Part shown: positions 9,884 through 21,296 of the stretch, one piece after another
Position numbering within the stretch: the stretch's first letter is position 1
How the letters are laid out: every line of letters starts with the position of its first letter
Assembly (NCBI GenBank): GCA_040289515.1
Contig: PSLI01000015.1
Span: 1 to 43,959, forward strand
Reading direction: 5' to 3'
Source of the DNA: Candidatus Sysuimicrobiota bacterium
GTDB lineage: Bacteria > Sysuimicrobiota > Sysuimicrobiia > Sysuimicrobiales > Sysuimicrobiaceae
Length of the DNA stretch: 43,959 bases
The notes under the pieces: model-generated
What the model saw: the letters and a program-made list of their open reading frames with translations, nothing else
What the model was told of the DNA's origin: nothing
Database searches by the model: none
Made by a program: the position numbers and the translations under genes

Positions 9884-9893
9884 CTTCAGCCGC

Positions 9894-10407
9894 TCAGAAG
9901 GCTCCGAACTCCGTCCACCGACCGTGGGGGGTCACCGCGTACACCACAAGCGGCCCTTGCGGCCCAGACATCCCCGGCGAGCCGGAAGGCATCCCCGGAA
10001 GCGCGATGCAAAGCCAACCGGGCGACTGCCGGAGGAGTTTTGCGATGGACTCCGCGGGCACGTGCCCCTCCACGAAGTACCGCCCCACCACCGCGGTGTG
10101 GCAGCTGCGCAGGAACGGTGGAACCCCCAGGCGGTCCTTGAGGGAAACAAGTTCCCGCGTGGCTTGCGCCCGCACGTTGTACCCCGCCCGCCGAAGGCAG
10201 GCGGCGTACTCCCCGCAGCCCCCACGCTCGGTGCCTGGTACACTACCACCTCCGCTGCCGCAAGCCGCTGCACGCCCGCAGGTCGGCTTCCCACCACACC
10301 CCCAGGGCCACGGCCATCGCTGCTGCCGCACCCCACACCGCCCAGCCCCAGCGCTTCCCGCGTGCGCCCAGATGCGCACGCTTCACCCGTGTTCGCCGCG
10401 AGCTCAC
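9894..10407 (-). pseudogene. DUF411 (CopG-like) metal-binding protein, frameshifted
   Basis: C-terminal 'SCHTAVVGRYFVEGHVP...ALPGMPSGSPGM' intact; signal peptide and 'VVVYQAPS' lie in other frames, so the CGCC motif is broken near 10220-10280. Confidence 0.75.
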
Positions 10408-11119
10408 GTCCCTCTCTCCCCTCCGGCTCCGTCCTGTCGCCCCACCAGGGCCCTGCACGGGGCGCAGTACCGGGTGAGCACCCGTCGGTACGCGTCTGCT
10501 TCCGAACCCAGGAGGGCCATCACCCGCTCCAGCATGCGGCTGGGAGCGATGACCTCCCCGCAGCTGCGGCAGCGGGCCAGGGGCTCTTGGTACACTACGG
10601 GTCGGCCCTTCCGCATCTCGCCCACGATGAGCGCCCTGCGCACCCGGATGGCGCCCCGGTCCTGCTCCGGGCACACCGGGATTCACGCCCGGCAGCCCAC
10701 GCACCGGGTCGGCTCCCACCACAGCACCGCTTCGGTGTCCTGCTGGAACGCCAGGGCGGAGGTGGGGTACGCCGCCGCGCACATCCCGCAGCGGTGCCCA
10801 CATCGGGCTGGATTTCCACCACCCCCACGGGTGAGCCGGGGTGTTCGACTTCATCCAGCGCCCCCTCACCCGCCAAGCGCCCCACGAGCGCCCACAGGGC
10901 CTGCGGGGAGGTTCCGAACAGCCCCTCCGCGTCGCGGCCCGGCGGAGATGGACCCGCACCCTCCGGGGTGGCAGGAGCAGGCCTGCGGTGTGCGCCCGCT
11001 CCTCTGCCAGGCCAAACGCCCCCAGAAGCCGACGGCACAAATCCACCCGGTCGGCTGCGGCGTGATCCGGGGATCCGAACGCCGCACGCACACGGGGCCA
11101 CCCGCACCTCGCCATTCAT
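10404..11119 (-). pseudogene. 4Fe-4S dicluster (polyferredoxin-like) protein remnant
   Basis: 'CGMCAAAYP...RCVGCRA*IPVCPE...CRSCG...YCAPC'; TGA at 10683-10685 where a Cys is expected; 5' end cut at the IS481 end (11130). Confidence 0.7.
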
Positions 11120-11129
11120 CTCCCTAAAC

Positions 11130-11288
11130 TGTCCCGTATCGTAAGGGTGTATACACCTGTAGCATGATTAGCCGGGTCATCGTAACGCCTCCCTGCAGCT
11201 CCCCAGAACAGATCGGCGGGTGTTCGGCCGCGGGTGCGGTAGCCGAGGTGCGGCCGGCGGTGGTTGAAAACTCCAGGGAGCGATCCAG
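11130..11288 (-). mobile_element. IS481-family right-end fragment (second copy, inverted)
   Basis: Near-identical reverse complement of 5420-5578; begins TGTCCCGTATCGTAAGGGTGTATACACC; homology stops exactly at the IS21 terminus. Confidence 0.85.
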
Positions 11289-11393
11289 TGTCAAGGCCGG
11301 TCTAGATCTGATCCATGGGGCCAGTTGGAAATTGACCCACCCGGATCGCGATAGGGACCCAGGCCCCTTGGTGCGTAGCACCAAGGGGCGCCG

Positions 11394-13377
<1,984 letters not shown>

Positions 13378-13483
13378 CTCCCTGCACCTCCGAACCCGTT
13401 GGCGTCGAGTTCGGAGCAGAGGGTTCGTTGGGGGTGGGTCCTTTCCAGCCGGCTCCAGGGTCAATTGTCCGCCGGCCGCAACA

Positions 13484-13772
13484 CAACACCAGGCTAACTC
13501 CCGCCGCGGCGGTGAAGACCGGGGCCAGGAAGGCCCAGGGCCACGGCCCGCTCAAGGCTGATGAGGGTGCCGAAAAAACCCGTCACCAGAAGGGGAGCGT
13601 GATCATAAGGCCGCGGGGTGCCGGGCACGCTCCGGCCTGCACGTTGCCACCCCACCGCTATTCCCCCGACCAGGCAGACGGCCGCAGCTACCGAGGGGGG
13701 AGCGCACCTCCGGTGGCGGGCACGGCTGGGACCGGGCGAGCGCACCCCCGCCCCTTCGGGGGTGCCCTTCAT
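13484..13772 (-). pseudogene. Truncated membrane protein (NnrS-like neighbourhood family)
   Basis: 'HAPLLVTGFFGTLISLERAVALG', then shifted 'PWAFLAPVFTAAAGVSLVL'; cut at the IS21 left end. Confidence 0.5.
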
Positions 13773-13834
13773 GCTGGGCCTACCACCGTGTGCACCTCCG
13801 GCCGGTACAGCAGCGCGGCCATCTCCTCCCGGGA

Positions 13835-14445
13835 TCAACCTGCGGCGGCCACGTGGGACGAAGGCGGCGGAGAGCCGTCGGGGCTGTGGCGGATCACCGC
13901 CACCTTCTCCGCGGCGTCCTGGAAGAAGTAACCGGACCCGCGCTCGCCCACGATCCGTACCAGCCTCGGGCCGTCCAGCACCCGAATCCCCGCCAGCACG
14001 TGCATCGCGCGCCCCTTCAGCACCCGCACGAAGGGCGCAAACGCCCCCACGAGGGCCACGCGATCTCCGGGCTGTATGTCCGCGGCCTCCAGGGCGTCCA
14101 GCCCGCTCAGGAGTGTGCCTCCCGGCGTGCCCCAACGGTCCACCGCCAGGCAGGAGAGGGAATTGAGAGCCGCTGCGCCCACCGCTCGGCGCAGGGGCAC
14201 AGGGGAGGTGGCGTCGTTCGCCAGCTCCCAGGCGTCGCGGCCCGAAAACCTCCCCGCGGGCGGCGCAGACGCCGCGGAGCGGGGACAGCACACCGCGTCC
14301 ACCAGGCCTCTCGGGGTGAAGGCTACCCCACGCGTCCCGTGACCAGCGGGACGGGAGTGTAGAACACGCCGACCCGTACGTCTGCCACCGTGAGGTCCGA
14401 GTCCGGGATGCGGGCGCGGAGATCTTCCTCCACCCGGGTCTTCAC
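13835..14445 (-). pseudogene. DUF364 / Rossmann-like putative metal-chelation protein, frameshifted and internally deleted
   Basis: 'VADVRVGVFYT...GRVG' / 'VAFTPR...CCP...LRRAVGAAALNSLS...DRVALVGAFAP', jumping to 'VLAGIRVLD...VGERGSGYFF'; GAGGAGG RBS. Confidence 0.6.
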
Positions 14446-14595
14446 GGTCGTTCCCTCCTCTGCCCCCAGTGTGCGACACGCGGGCCACCGTCCCAAGGGG
14501 CCTGTGCGGGGTGCAGGCTCAAGTTGTCGGCTGCGGGTGTGCCTCCGATAACTAGGGAGGCACGGGGGGCTGGCTGTCGGCCTGGCGACGGTGCT

Positions 14596-15096
14596 GTGTA
14601 CCACCTGAACGTCTTCCTGCACGTGCTGAGCGCGGTGGTGTGGATCGGCGGGGTGCTGTTTCTCGCCCTGGTGGCCGTGCCGGTGGCCCGCAGCCTGCCG
14701 GACCCCCTGCGCGCGGATCTGATGGAGGCCCTGGGGCGGCGTTTCCGGCCCGTGGCATGGGTGTGCATTGCGGTCCTGGTGGTGACGGGCGTCGCCAGCC
14801 TGGCCTACCGGGGGGTCGGCTGGGAGCGCGTGGTCACCGGACGCCTGTGGCAGAGCGGCTTCGGCCAGGTCCTGGCGTGGAAGCTGGTGCTGGTGGCGTT
14901 CCTGGTTGCCCTCAGCGCGTGGCACGACTTCGTTCTAGGGCCGATCGGTACTCAGCTGGCTCGCGGCGCGGACCCCGACGGGGGTCGCCGACAGGCCCTC
15001 CGGCGCCGGGCGGCGTGGGTGGGACGGGCCAACGCCCTCCTTGCCCTGGGAGTCGTGGCTGCAGCGGTGATGCTGGTGCGGGGCGTGCCCCGCTGA
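14596..15096 (+). CDS. CopD/DUF4149-family membrane protein
   Basis: 'FLHVLSAVVWIGG', 'VLVVTG', 'LAWKLVLV...SAWHDF'; four TM helices. Confidence 0.75.
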   Translation: MYHLNVFLHVLSAVVWIGGVLFLALVAVPVARSLPDPLRADLMEALGRRFRPVAWVCIAVLVVTGVASLAYRGVGWERVVTGRLWQSGFGQVLAWKLVLVAFLVALSAWHDFVLGPIGTQLARGADPDGGRRQALRRRAAWVGRANALLALGVVAAAVMLVRGVPR

Positions 15097-15166
15097 CCGA
15101 TCCTCACCGGACAGCGTGCTCCCGAACAGCACGTCCATGCGGTGGCCGTCGGCCATGTAGCCGGGG

Positions 15167-16489
15167 TCACCCGGGTTGCCGGGCGGCACCGGTCTGGGGC
15201 TTTTCGGGCCGCACCAGGACCGCCGCCACCCACGACACCCCCATCCCAAGGGCGTACACGGCGCAGCCCGCAGCGAACAGGGAGCCCGCGGCTTGCGCGA
15301 GCCGCACCTGCGCCAGCAGCACCGCAGCGGGCAGCAGGGTGGACGCAGGCGCGGCCAGGGCAAAGGCTACCAGGCCCCAGCGAGGGAAGTACGGGGCCGG
15401 CAGGCGTGGCACCTCGTAAGCGGACAGCCCGTGCGCGTACCGGTAACCCCACATAAGGAATGGCGTTACCTTGTACATCTGGCCCATGATGGCCAGCGTC
15501 ACCCACCCGCACAGCAGCCAGGTGGCCGCGGCAGCTGCCAGCCGCCGGCCCTCCAGGGGAAGCACACCCACCGCCCACAAGGAGGCGGTGGCAACCGCGA
15601 GGAGCGTCTGCACCGCCATCGCCCACCAGTGCCAGTTGGTGAGGTCGGGGGCCTGCTGGCGGGCACCCCGCAGGAAGCGGAGGACGTCGAGAGCGTACGC
15701 CAAACTGGCGGTGCACAAGACCAGAGTGGCCGCGCGGGCCACGGAGGGTGCGCGGAGGGCCGCGGCCGCTACGAACAGGCCTACGGACAGGTTCAAAAGG
15801 CCCACCAGGGGCAGCACGCGGCCTTCGGACACGGTGCGGACGCCGGTGAAGCGAGGCAAAAGGTAGTAAGACACCGACACCACCAGCTGGACGAACCACC
15901 CCAGCAGGCCCAGCGTGGCGTGCACGCCGACTCCCGCGTATGTGTACAGGGCGGGCCAGAACCGGAAGTTCCAGTTGAGGGCCATCAGGGTACCCCACAG
16001 CACCGTGACCAGCAGGTACCCCACGCTGAGGACGATGCCCGTGGCGGAGGGAGGCCAGCGCCGGCGGCGGGGCGCCAAGCGCGCCAGGAACGCGCAGAAC
16101 GCCACCACCGAACTTACTAGCCACATGCCCCCGAGGGCCACCCACGGTGGGGCAGCGGCTAGAAGCCCCGCCAGCAGCACCAGCACGCCCGCCACGGTGA
16201 AGGCGAAGTGCGCCGCCGCGGCGCATCCGGGCTTGCTGGATATGCCCAGCACCGCGGGGAACATCTGGTGCAGGGCACCCAGGGCCCCCAGGGTGCCCCA
16301 GCCGAGGGTGAGCAGGTGGTTGGCGGCCAGCACCGGGTAGCTCCGCCACTGCCCTGCCGCGAGGGATCCCGACACCACCGCCACCGCCGCGCCCACGGCG
16401 AACAGCAGCCAGGTGGCAGCGGCGAAAAAGAGCACCGCCGCCGTCATCCCCGGAAGGCTCGAAAGGGCCCGTACGCGCTCTACACCCAT
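15167..16489 (-). CDS. Multi-pass His-rich membrane protein (NnrS / heme-copper subunit-I-like conserved family)
   Basis: About 12 TM segments with repeated 'HLLTLGW' and 'HATLGLLGW' and terminal 'GQMYKVTPFLMW'; divergent from the oxidase operon. Confidence 0.65.
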   Translation of the reverse strand: MGVERVRALSSLPGMTAAVLFFAAATWLLFAVGAAVAVVSGSLAAGQWRSYPVLAANHLLTLGWGTLGALGALHQMFPAVLGISSKPGCAAAAHFAFTVAGVLVLLAGLLAAAPPWVALGGMWLVSSVVAFCAFLARLAPRRRRWPPSATGIVLSVGYLLVTVLWGTLMALNWNFRFWPALYTYAGVGVHATLGLLGWFVQLVVSVSYYLLPRFTGVRTVSEGRVLPLVGLLNLSVGLFVAAAALRAPSVARAATLVLCTASLAYALDVLRFLRGARQQAPDLTNWHWWAMAVQTLLAVATASLWAVGVLPLEGRRLAAAAATWLLCGWVTLAIMGQMYKVTPFLMWGYRYAHGLSAYEVPRLPAPYFPRWGLVAFALAAPASTLLPAAVLLAQVRLAQAAGSLFAAGCAVYALGMGVSWVAAVLVRPEKPQTGAARQPG

Positions 16490-16618
16490 CCTCCGGACGC
16501 CCGACCCAGGATACACCACCCGGGTCCCGGCTGCCCGGGGCAGGGCATCGGGTCCACACCCGATCCCCGAGAGGCGCAGAATCAGGCGCGCACCCGATGT
16601 TCGAGCTGCTCGGGGCAT

Positions 16619-16635
16619 GTTGACCTGAGGTCAAC
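16619..16635. promoter_or_regulatory. Perfect 8-1-8 inverted repeat, putative operator
   Basis: GTTGACCT-G-AGGTCAAC in the divergent intergenic region, immediately before subunit II. Confidence 0.6.
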
Positions 16636-16641
16636 CAGAGG

Positions 16642-17442
16642 ATGCACGCGGCGGCGATGCGGGGGGGCGTCCTGGCACTGTGGTGGGCTGTCCTGACAGC
16701 CGTGCTGCTTGCGCTGGTCTTGCGGTTTGAGGGGTTCCCCCCGGCCGCGGCGCGAGAGGCCGGCGTAGCCGACCACGCCTTCCGACTCCTCATGCTCATG
16801 GCCAGTCCGGTGTTCGCGCTGGTGGTGGCGGTGCTGGTGTACAGCGTGGTGAGCTGCCGGAGCCAGGGGGACCCGCCGGAACCGCCGCCCTACCTCCCCG
16901 AACACCCTGCAGTCCCGCGGGTGTGGTTTGCGGCCACCGCGGCCCTGGCGGCCTACGTGATTTACAACCCGGGGCTCGTGGGGCTTGCGGAGATGCGGGA
17001 GGTTCCGCTGAGGGCGCTGCTCGCGAGCAGCCCCGCGAGTCGCGTCCGGCTTGCGAGCCTCGCGGATCCGGACGCGGACCTGGTGGTGCGGGTGCGGGCG
17101 AGCCGCTGGCTTTGGCAGTTTGACTACCCGCAGCAAGGCCTGACGACCCGGGAGCTGGTGCTGCCCGTGGGGCGGCGGGTACGGTTTGAGGTCACCTCCG
17201 TGGACATCGTGCACAGCTTCTGGGTGCCCGCCTTCCGGACCAAGATCGACGCGGTGCCGAACCTGACCACGGTCCTGCACGTAACACCCACCCGTACGGG
17301 CTCCTTCCAGGACACCGTGGCCCTGCGGGTCCAGTGCGCGGAGCTGTGCGGAGTGGGACACGGCATCATGGCGGCCCCCGGTCGGGTGCTGGACCCGGAA
17401 GGTTTCGAGGCGTGGGTCGCTGCTGAGCAGGCGCGGAGGTGA
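16642..17442 (+). CDS. coxB: Cytochrome c oxidase subunit II (CuA)
   Basis: 'DIVHSFWVP' and CuA motif 'QCAELCGVGHGIM'. Confidence 0.93.
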   Translation: MHAAAMRGGVLALWWAVLTAVLLALVLRFEGFPPAAAREAGVADHAFRLLMLMASPVFALVVAVLVYSVVSCRSQGDPPEPPPYLPEHPAVPRVWFAATAALAAYVIYNPGLVGLAEMREVPLRALLASSPASRVRLASLADPDADLVVRVRASRWLWQFDYPQQGLTTRELVLPVGRRVRFEVTSVDIVHSFWVPAFRTKIDAVPNLTTVLHVTPTRTGSFQDTVALRVQCAELCGVGHGIMAAPGRVLDPEGFEAWVAAEQARR

Positions 17443-17445
17443 CCG

Positions 17446-19275
17446 ATGCGGGCGCTTGTCCCCATGGCGAAGGGACTCGTATACGGGCTGGTGGGCTACG
17501 TGCTCGGGGGGCCGCTGCTGGCCGCCGTGGTGCGGGCGGCGGGGGGCGGGTTCCCCTTTGACCTGGAGCTGGCCACGGGGTCCTTCGCGGGCACGGTGGG
17601 CTGGCTGGCCGGCGTGGGCGTGTGGGAGGCGTGGGCAAGGGGCTGGTTCGGACTTCCCGTGCGGCCGTGGCCCCACGACGACGGGGTTGCCCGCTACTTC
17701 CGGTTCACCACGGACCACAAGGTCATCGGCATGCAGTACCTGGTGACGTTCCTGGGGCTGTTCTTCCTGGGCGGTGCCCTGGCCCTGCTCATGCGGTGGG
17801 AGCTGATGCATCCCGGCATGCAGCTGCTCACCCTCAACGGCTACAACCAGGTGATGAGCCTGCACGGCATCATCATGATCGCCGTAGCCGTGGCCATCTT
17901 CCTGGGTGGGCTTGGCAACTACTGCGTCCCCCTGATGATCGGCGCCCCGGACATGGCCTTCCCCCGGGTGAACGCCCTCAGCTACTGGCTCACCCCGCCG
18001 GTGGCCGTGATGCTGCTGGCAAGCCTCCTGGTAGGCGGCTGGGACTCCGGGTGGACCGTCTACCCGCCCCTGAGCGCGGTGAACCCCCCGGGGCAGGTGC
18101 TCATGATCGTGGCGGTGGTCATCTTCGGCCTGTCCAGCATCCTGGGCGGAATCAACTTCCTGGTCACCATCGCCCGCCTGCGGGCTCCCGGGATGACCTG
18201 GGGCAGGCTGCCCGTGTTCGTGTGGTCGGTGTTCGCGGCCTCGCTGCTAAGCTTCGTGTTCACCCAGTACCTGGCCGCGAGCCTCCTCATGGTCCTCCTG
18301 GACCGGGTGGCGGGCATGAGCTACTTCCACTTCGCCCGGGGTGGTACCCCCGTGGTGTACCAGCAGCTGTTCTGGTTCTACTCCCACCCCGCCGTGTACA
18401 TCATGATCCTGCCCGCCTTCGGTGCCGCCCTGGAAGTCCTCACCCACTTCGCCCGCACGCCCCTGTACGCCTATCGCTGGGTGGTGGGCGGGTTTTTCGG
18501 CATCGTGGGCCTCAGCGGGATCGTGTGGGCGCACCACAACTTCACCAGCGGCATGCCGGGCTGGATGCACGCCCCCATGTTGGTTACCACGGAGGCCATC
18601 TCCGTGCCCACAGGCCTGGTGTTCCTGTCGGCCCTGGGGACCCTGGTCCGGGGGCGGCTGTGGCTGCGGACGCCCATGCTGTTCGCCCTGGGGTGGGTGT
18701 GGAATTTCCTCGGGGGCGGCGTGACGGGGATCTTCAACGCGGACGTGGCTACGGACCTGCACCTGCACGACACGTACTTCGTGGTCGGGCACTTCCACTA
18801 CACCATCATGGGCGGAGAGATCTTCGCCCTGTTCGCGGCCCTGTACTACTGGTACCCGAAGATCACCGGGCGCCTGTACGACGAGCGTCTGGGGCGGGTG
18901 CACTTCTGGTGGACATTCCTGGCCTTCAACGCCACCTTCTTCCCCATGTTCTGGGCCGGGCTGCACGGAATGAACCGGCGCATCGCAGACTACCCGGCGG
19001 CGCTCGGTGGCGTGAACCTGTGGACCAGCGTGGCGGCCTTCGTTTTGGCAGCGGGGTTCCTGGTGTTCCTGTACAACTTTGTGGCCAGCTGGGTCCGGGG
19101 TCCACGGGCGGAGGCCAACCCCTGGCAGGCCTCCACCCTGGAGTGGCAGACGTCGAGCCCGCCTCCCGTAGAGAACTTCCCGGCCCTGCCGGTGGTGGTG
19201 GGAGCACCCTACGTATACGGGATGCCAGCAGCCCGGCACGCGGTGGTAGCCGCAGCAGGGGGGAGCGAGGGATGA
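17446..19275 (+). CDS. coxA: Heme-copper oxidase subunit I, A2-type
   Basis: 'TDHKVIG', 'SLHG', 'DMAFPRVN', 'FWFYSHPAVY', 'WAHH', 'HFHY', 'NRRIADY'. Confidence 0.95.
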   Translation: MRALVPMAKGLVYGLVGYVLGGPLLAAVVRAAGGGFPFDLELATGSFAGTVGWLAGVGVWEAWARGWFGLPVRPWPHDDGVARYFRFTTDHKVIGMQYLVTFLGLFFLGGALALLMRWELMHPGMQLLTLNGYNQVMSLHGIIMIAVAVAIFLGGLGNYCVPLMIGAPDMAFPRVNALSYWLTPPVAVMLLASLLVGGWDSGWTVYPPLSAVNPPGQVLMIVAVVIFGLSSILGGINFLVTIARLRAPGMTWGRLPVFVWSVFAASLLSFVFTQYLAASLLMVLLDRVAGMSYFHFARGGTPVVYQQLFWFYSHPAVYIMILPAFGAALEVLTHFARTPLYAYRWVVGGFFGIVGLSGIVWAHHNFTSGMPGWMHAPMLVTTEAISVPTGLVFLSALGTLVRGRLWLRTPMLFALGWVWNFLGGGVTGIFNADVATDLHLHDTYFVVGHFHYTIMGGEIFALFAALYYWYPKITGRLYDERLGRVHFWWTFLAFNATFFPMFWAGLHGMNRRIADYPAALGGVNLWTSVAAFVLAAGFLVFLYNFVASWVRGPRAEANPWQASTLEWQTSSPPPVENFPALPVVVGAPYVYGMPAARHAVVAAAGGSEG

Positions 19276-19472
19276 GGCGCCAGGGCTTGCCGGACAAGCT
19301 GGCCCTGGGCGCTCGGGTGTTCGGTGCGCTGGCGGTGCTCACCGCGGTTGAGTGGTTCGCCGCAGGGTGGCCGGGCGCCCTCCTGTGGCTGACCCTCGTG
19401 GCCGTTGGGAAGGTGGCGCTCATTGCGGAGTACTTCATGCACTACTCTCAGCTGACCCGACAGGAGGACTGA
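19272..19472 (+). CDS. Cytochrome c oxidase subunit IV
   Basis: 66 aa; 'LAVLTAVE...KVALIAEYFMH'; ATGA overlap with subunit I. Confidence 0.82.
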   Translation: MRRQGLPDKLALGARVFGALAVLTAVEWFAAGWPGALLWLTLVAVGKVALIAEYFMHYSQLTRQED

Positions 19473-19473
19473 C

Positions 19474-20040
19474 GTGCGCCACGCGGAGGGTGCGGCCCGC
19501 CTGAGCGCAGCGGAGCTATATAACGCCCGGTTGGGCCTGTGGCTGTTGATCGTGTCCGAGGCGGCGCTGTTCAGCGCCTTCGTAGCGGCCCGCTACCTGA
19601 TTGTTGGGACCGCGCGCCCCCCGGAGCTGAACCAGGCCCTGGGATGGACCATCACCGTGGTGCTGCTGCTCGGCAGCCTGACCGCCTACCGGGCGGAAGC
19701 GTGCATCGCCCACGGGGGCCGCGCGGGGTTTTTGCGCAACACCCTGTGGACGCTGCTTTTGGCTACCGTCTTCCTGGTCGGCGTGGTGGTGGAATGGGTG
19801 GAGGCGTTCCACTTCTTCCCGCCCTCCACCCGCTACGGCACCATCTTCTTCTCCCTCACGGGCCTGCACGGGCTGCACGTACTGAGCGGGGCGGTGCTGC
19901 TGCTGGGGGTGTACTTGCACGGCCGGCGCGGTCGGTACGGGCCCGAAGACTACTGGCCCGTAGAGGGTGTGGTGAAGTACTGGCACTTCGTGGACGTGGC
20001 GTGGGTGTTCATCTACCCGACCCTGTACCTGGTCGGGTGA
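19474..20040 (+). CDS. coxC: Cytochrome c oxidase subunit III
   Basis: 'GLWLLIVSEAALF', 'FFSLTGLHGLHV', 'YWHFVDVAWVFIYP'. Confidence 0.92.
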   Translation: MRHAEGAARLSAAELYNARLGLWLLIVSEAALFSAFVAARYLIVGTARPPELNQALGWTITVVLLLGSLTAYRAEACIAHGGRAGFLRNTLWTLLLATVFLVGVVVEWVEAFHFFPPSTRYGTIFFSLTGLHGLHVLSGAVLLLGVYLHGRRGRYGPEDYWPVEGVVKYWHFVDVAWVFIYPTLYLVG

Positions 20041-20087
20041 GGCCGTGGACCCACTACCGGCTGTCGTGGCGCGCACTGGAGGTGCAA

Positions 20088-21272
20088 GTGCTGTACGACG
20101 TCCCACGCACGCCCCACAAGCCGGCGTGGGGCGCGTGGGGGGGAAGGCGCTGGGCCTTACGGAAGGGACGGTGCGGGCATAGCGTACCCGCGACGGCTCC
20201 TGGCCTGGCCGCGGGCCGGCGCTACGTGTTTAACCGGGCGCCCCTGCTGGTGTACTGGGAGGTGACCCGTGCCTGCGACCTCGCCTGCCAGCACTGCCGC
20301 GCGGAGGCCACGCCGGACCGCCACCCCCTGGAGCTGTCCAGCGAAGAAGGGTTCCGCATGCTGCGTGACGCGACCCGGTTCGGTCCTCCCTTGCCCCACT
20401 GGGTACTCACGGGCGGAGACCCGTTCAAGCGGTCGGACCTACCGGCTCTGGTACAGGAGGCCCGGGCCCTGGGCTTCGGCGTGTCCCTGGCGCCCAGCGC
20501 CACACCCCTTGTCACCACGGCGGCCCTGCGGGACGTGGCACGTGCGGGTGTGCAGGCGGTGTCCTTGAGCCTGGATGGTGCCACCGCGGATCTCCACGAT
20601 GCCGTGCGAGGGATCCCGGGTTGCTTCCAGCTGACCCTTCAGCTGGCGCGGCGCGTCCGGGAGGAGGGGATCGCGCTGCAGATCAACACCCTGGTCACCG
20701 CCCGCACGGCGGAGGACCTGCCGGCCCTGTACGAGCTGGTGCGGAAACTGGACGTGGTGCGGTGGAGTCTGTTCTTCCTCATCCGCGTGGGCCGGGGCCG
20801 GCTGCTGGAGGAGGTGAGTCCGCAGGCCGCGGAGCGGCTGTGTCACTGGCTGTTCGACTTGAGCCAGCAGTCTCCCTTCGCCATCAAGACCACGGAGGCA
20901 CCCCACTTCCGCCGGGTGGCCCTCCTGCGGATGCTGCGGGAGGGCATGAGCTTGCCGGAGGTGGCGCGCACCTCGGTGGGACGTGGGTTCGGGGTACGGG
21001 ACGGAAACGGCATCGTGTTCGTGTCCCACGTGGGGGAGGTGTACCCCTCCGGGTTTCTGCCCCTGCCGGTGGGCAGCGTCCGCGAGCGCAGCCTGGTGGA
21101 CCTGTACCAGTCGAGCGAGCTGCTGGTGCAGCTGCGGGACACTAGCCAGCTGCGGGAAAAGTGCGGCCGCTGTCCGTTCCGGGAGGTGTGCGGGGGCTCC
21201 CGGGCCCGCGCTTACGCCCACACGGGCTCCCCCCTGGCCAGCGACCCCCTCTGCCCGTACGAACCGGCCTGA
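20088..21272 (+). CDS. Radical SAM/SPASM protein (TIGR04053-like, NirJ/AhbD-related)
   Basis: 'VYWEVTRACDLACQHCRA', 'LTGGDP', 'GEVYPSGFLP', 'CGRCPFREVCGGSRARAYA...DPLC'; start uncertain. Confidence 0.85.
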   Translation: MLYDVPRTPHKPAWGAWGGRRWALRKGRCGHSVPATAPGLAAGRRYVFNRAPLLVYWEVTRACDLACQHCRAEATPDRHPLELSSEEGFRMLRDATRFGPPLPHWVLTGGDPFKRSDLPALVQEARALGFGVSLAPSATPLVTTAALRDVARAGVQAVSLSLDGATADLHDAVRGIPGCFQLTLQLARRVREEGIALQINTLVTARTAEDLPALYELVRKLDVVRWSLFFLIRVGRGRLLEEVSPQAAERLCHWLFDLSQQSPFAIKTTEAPHFRRVALLRMLREGMSLPEVARTSVGRGFGVRDGNGIVFVSHVGEVYPSGFLPLPVGSVRERSLVDLYQSSELLVQLRDTSQLREKCGRCPFREVCGGSRARAYAHTGSPLASDPLCPYEPA

Positions 21273-21296
21273 GGTCAGCTCCGCAGCCGGTGGAGC

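Noticed and set aside
16619..16635. Canonical FNR/Crp box
   Set aside because: The spacer is 5 bp, not 4; kept only as an unassigned operator
17446..19275. Nitric oxide reductase
   Set aside because: The cross-link Tyr (HPAVY), a CuA subunit II and subunits III/IV indicate an A-family O2 reductase
19539..20087. N-terminal extension of the radical SAM ORF
   Set aside because: It overlaps coxC in another frame; a GC-rich open-frame artefact
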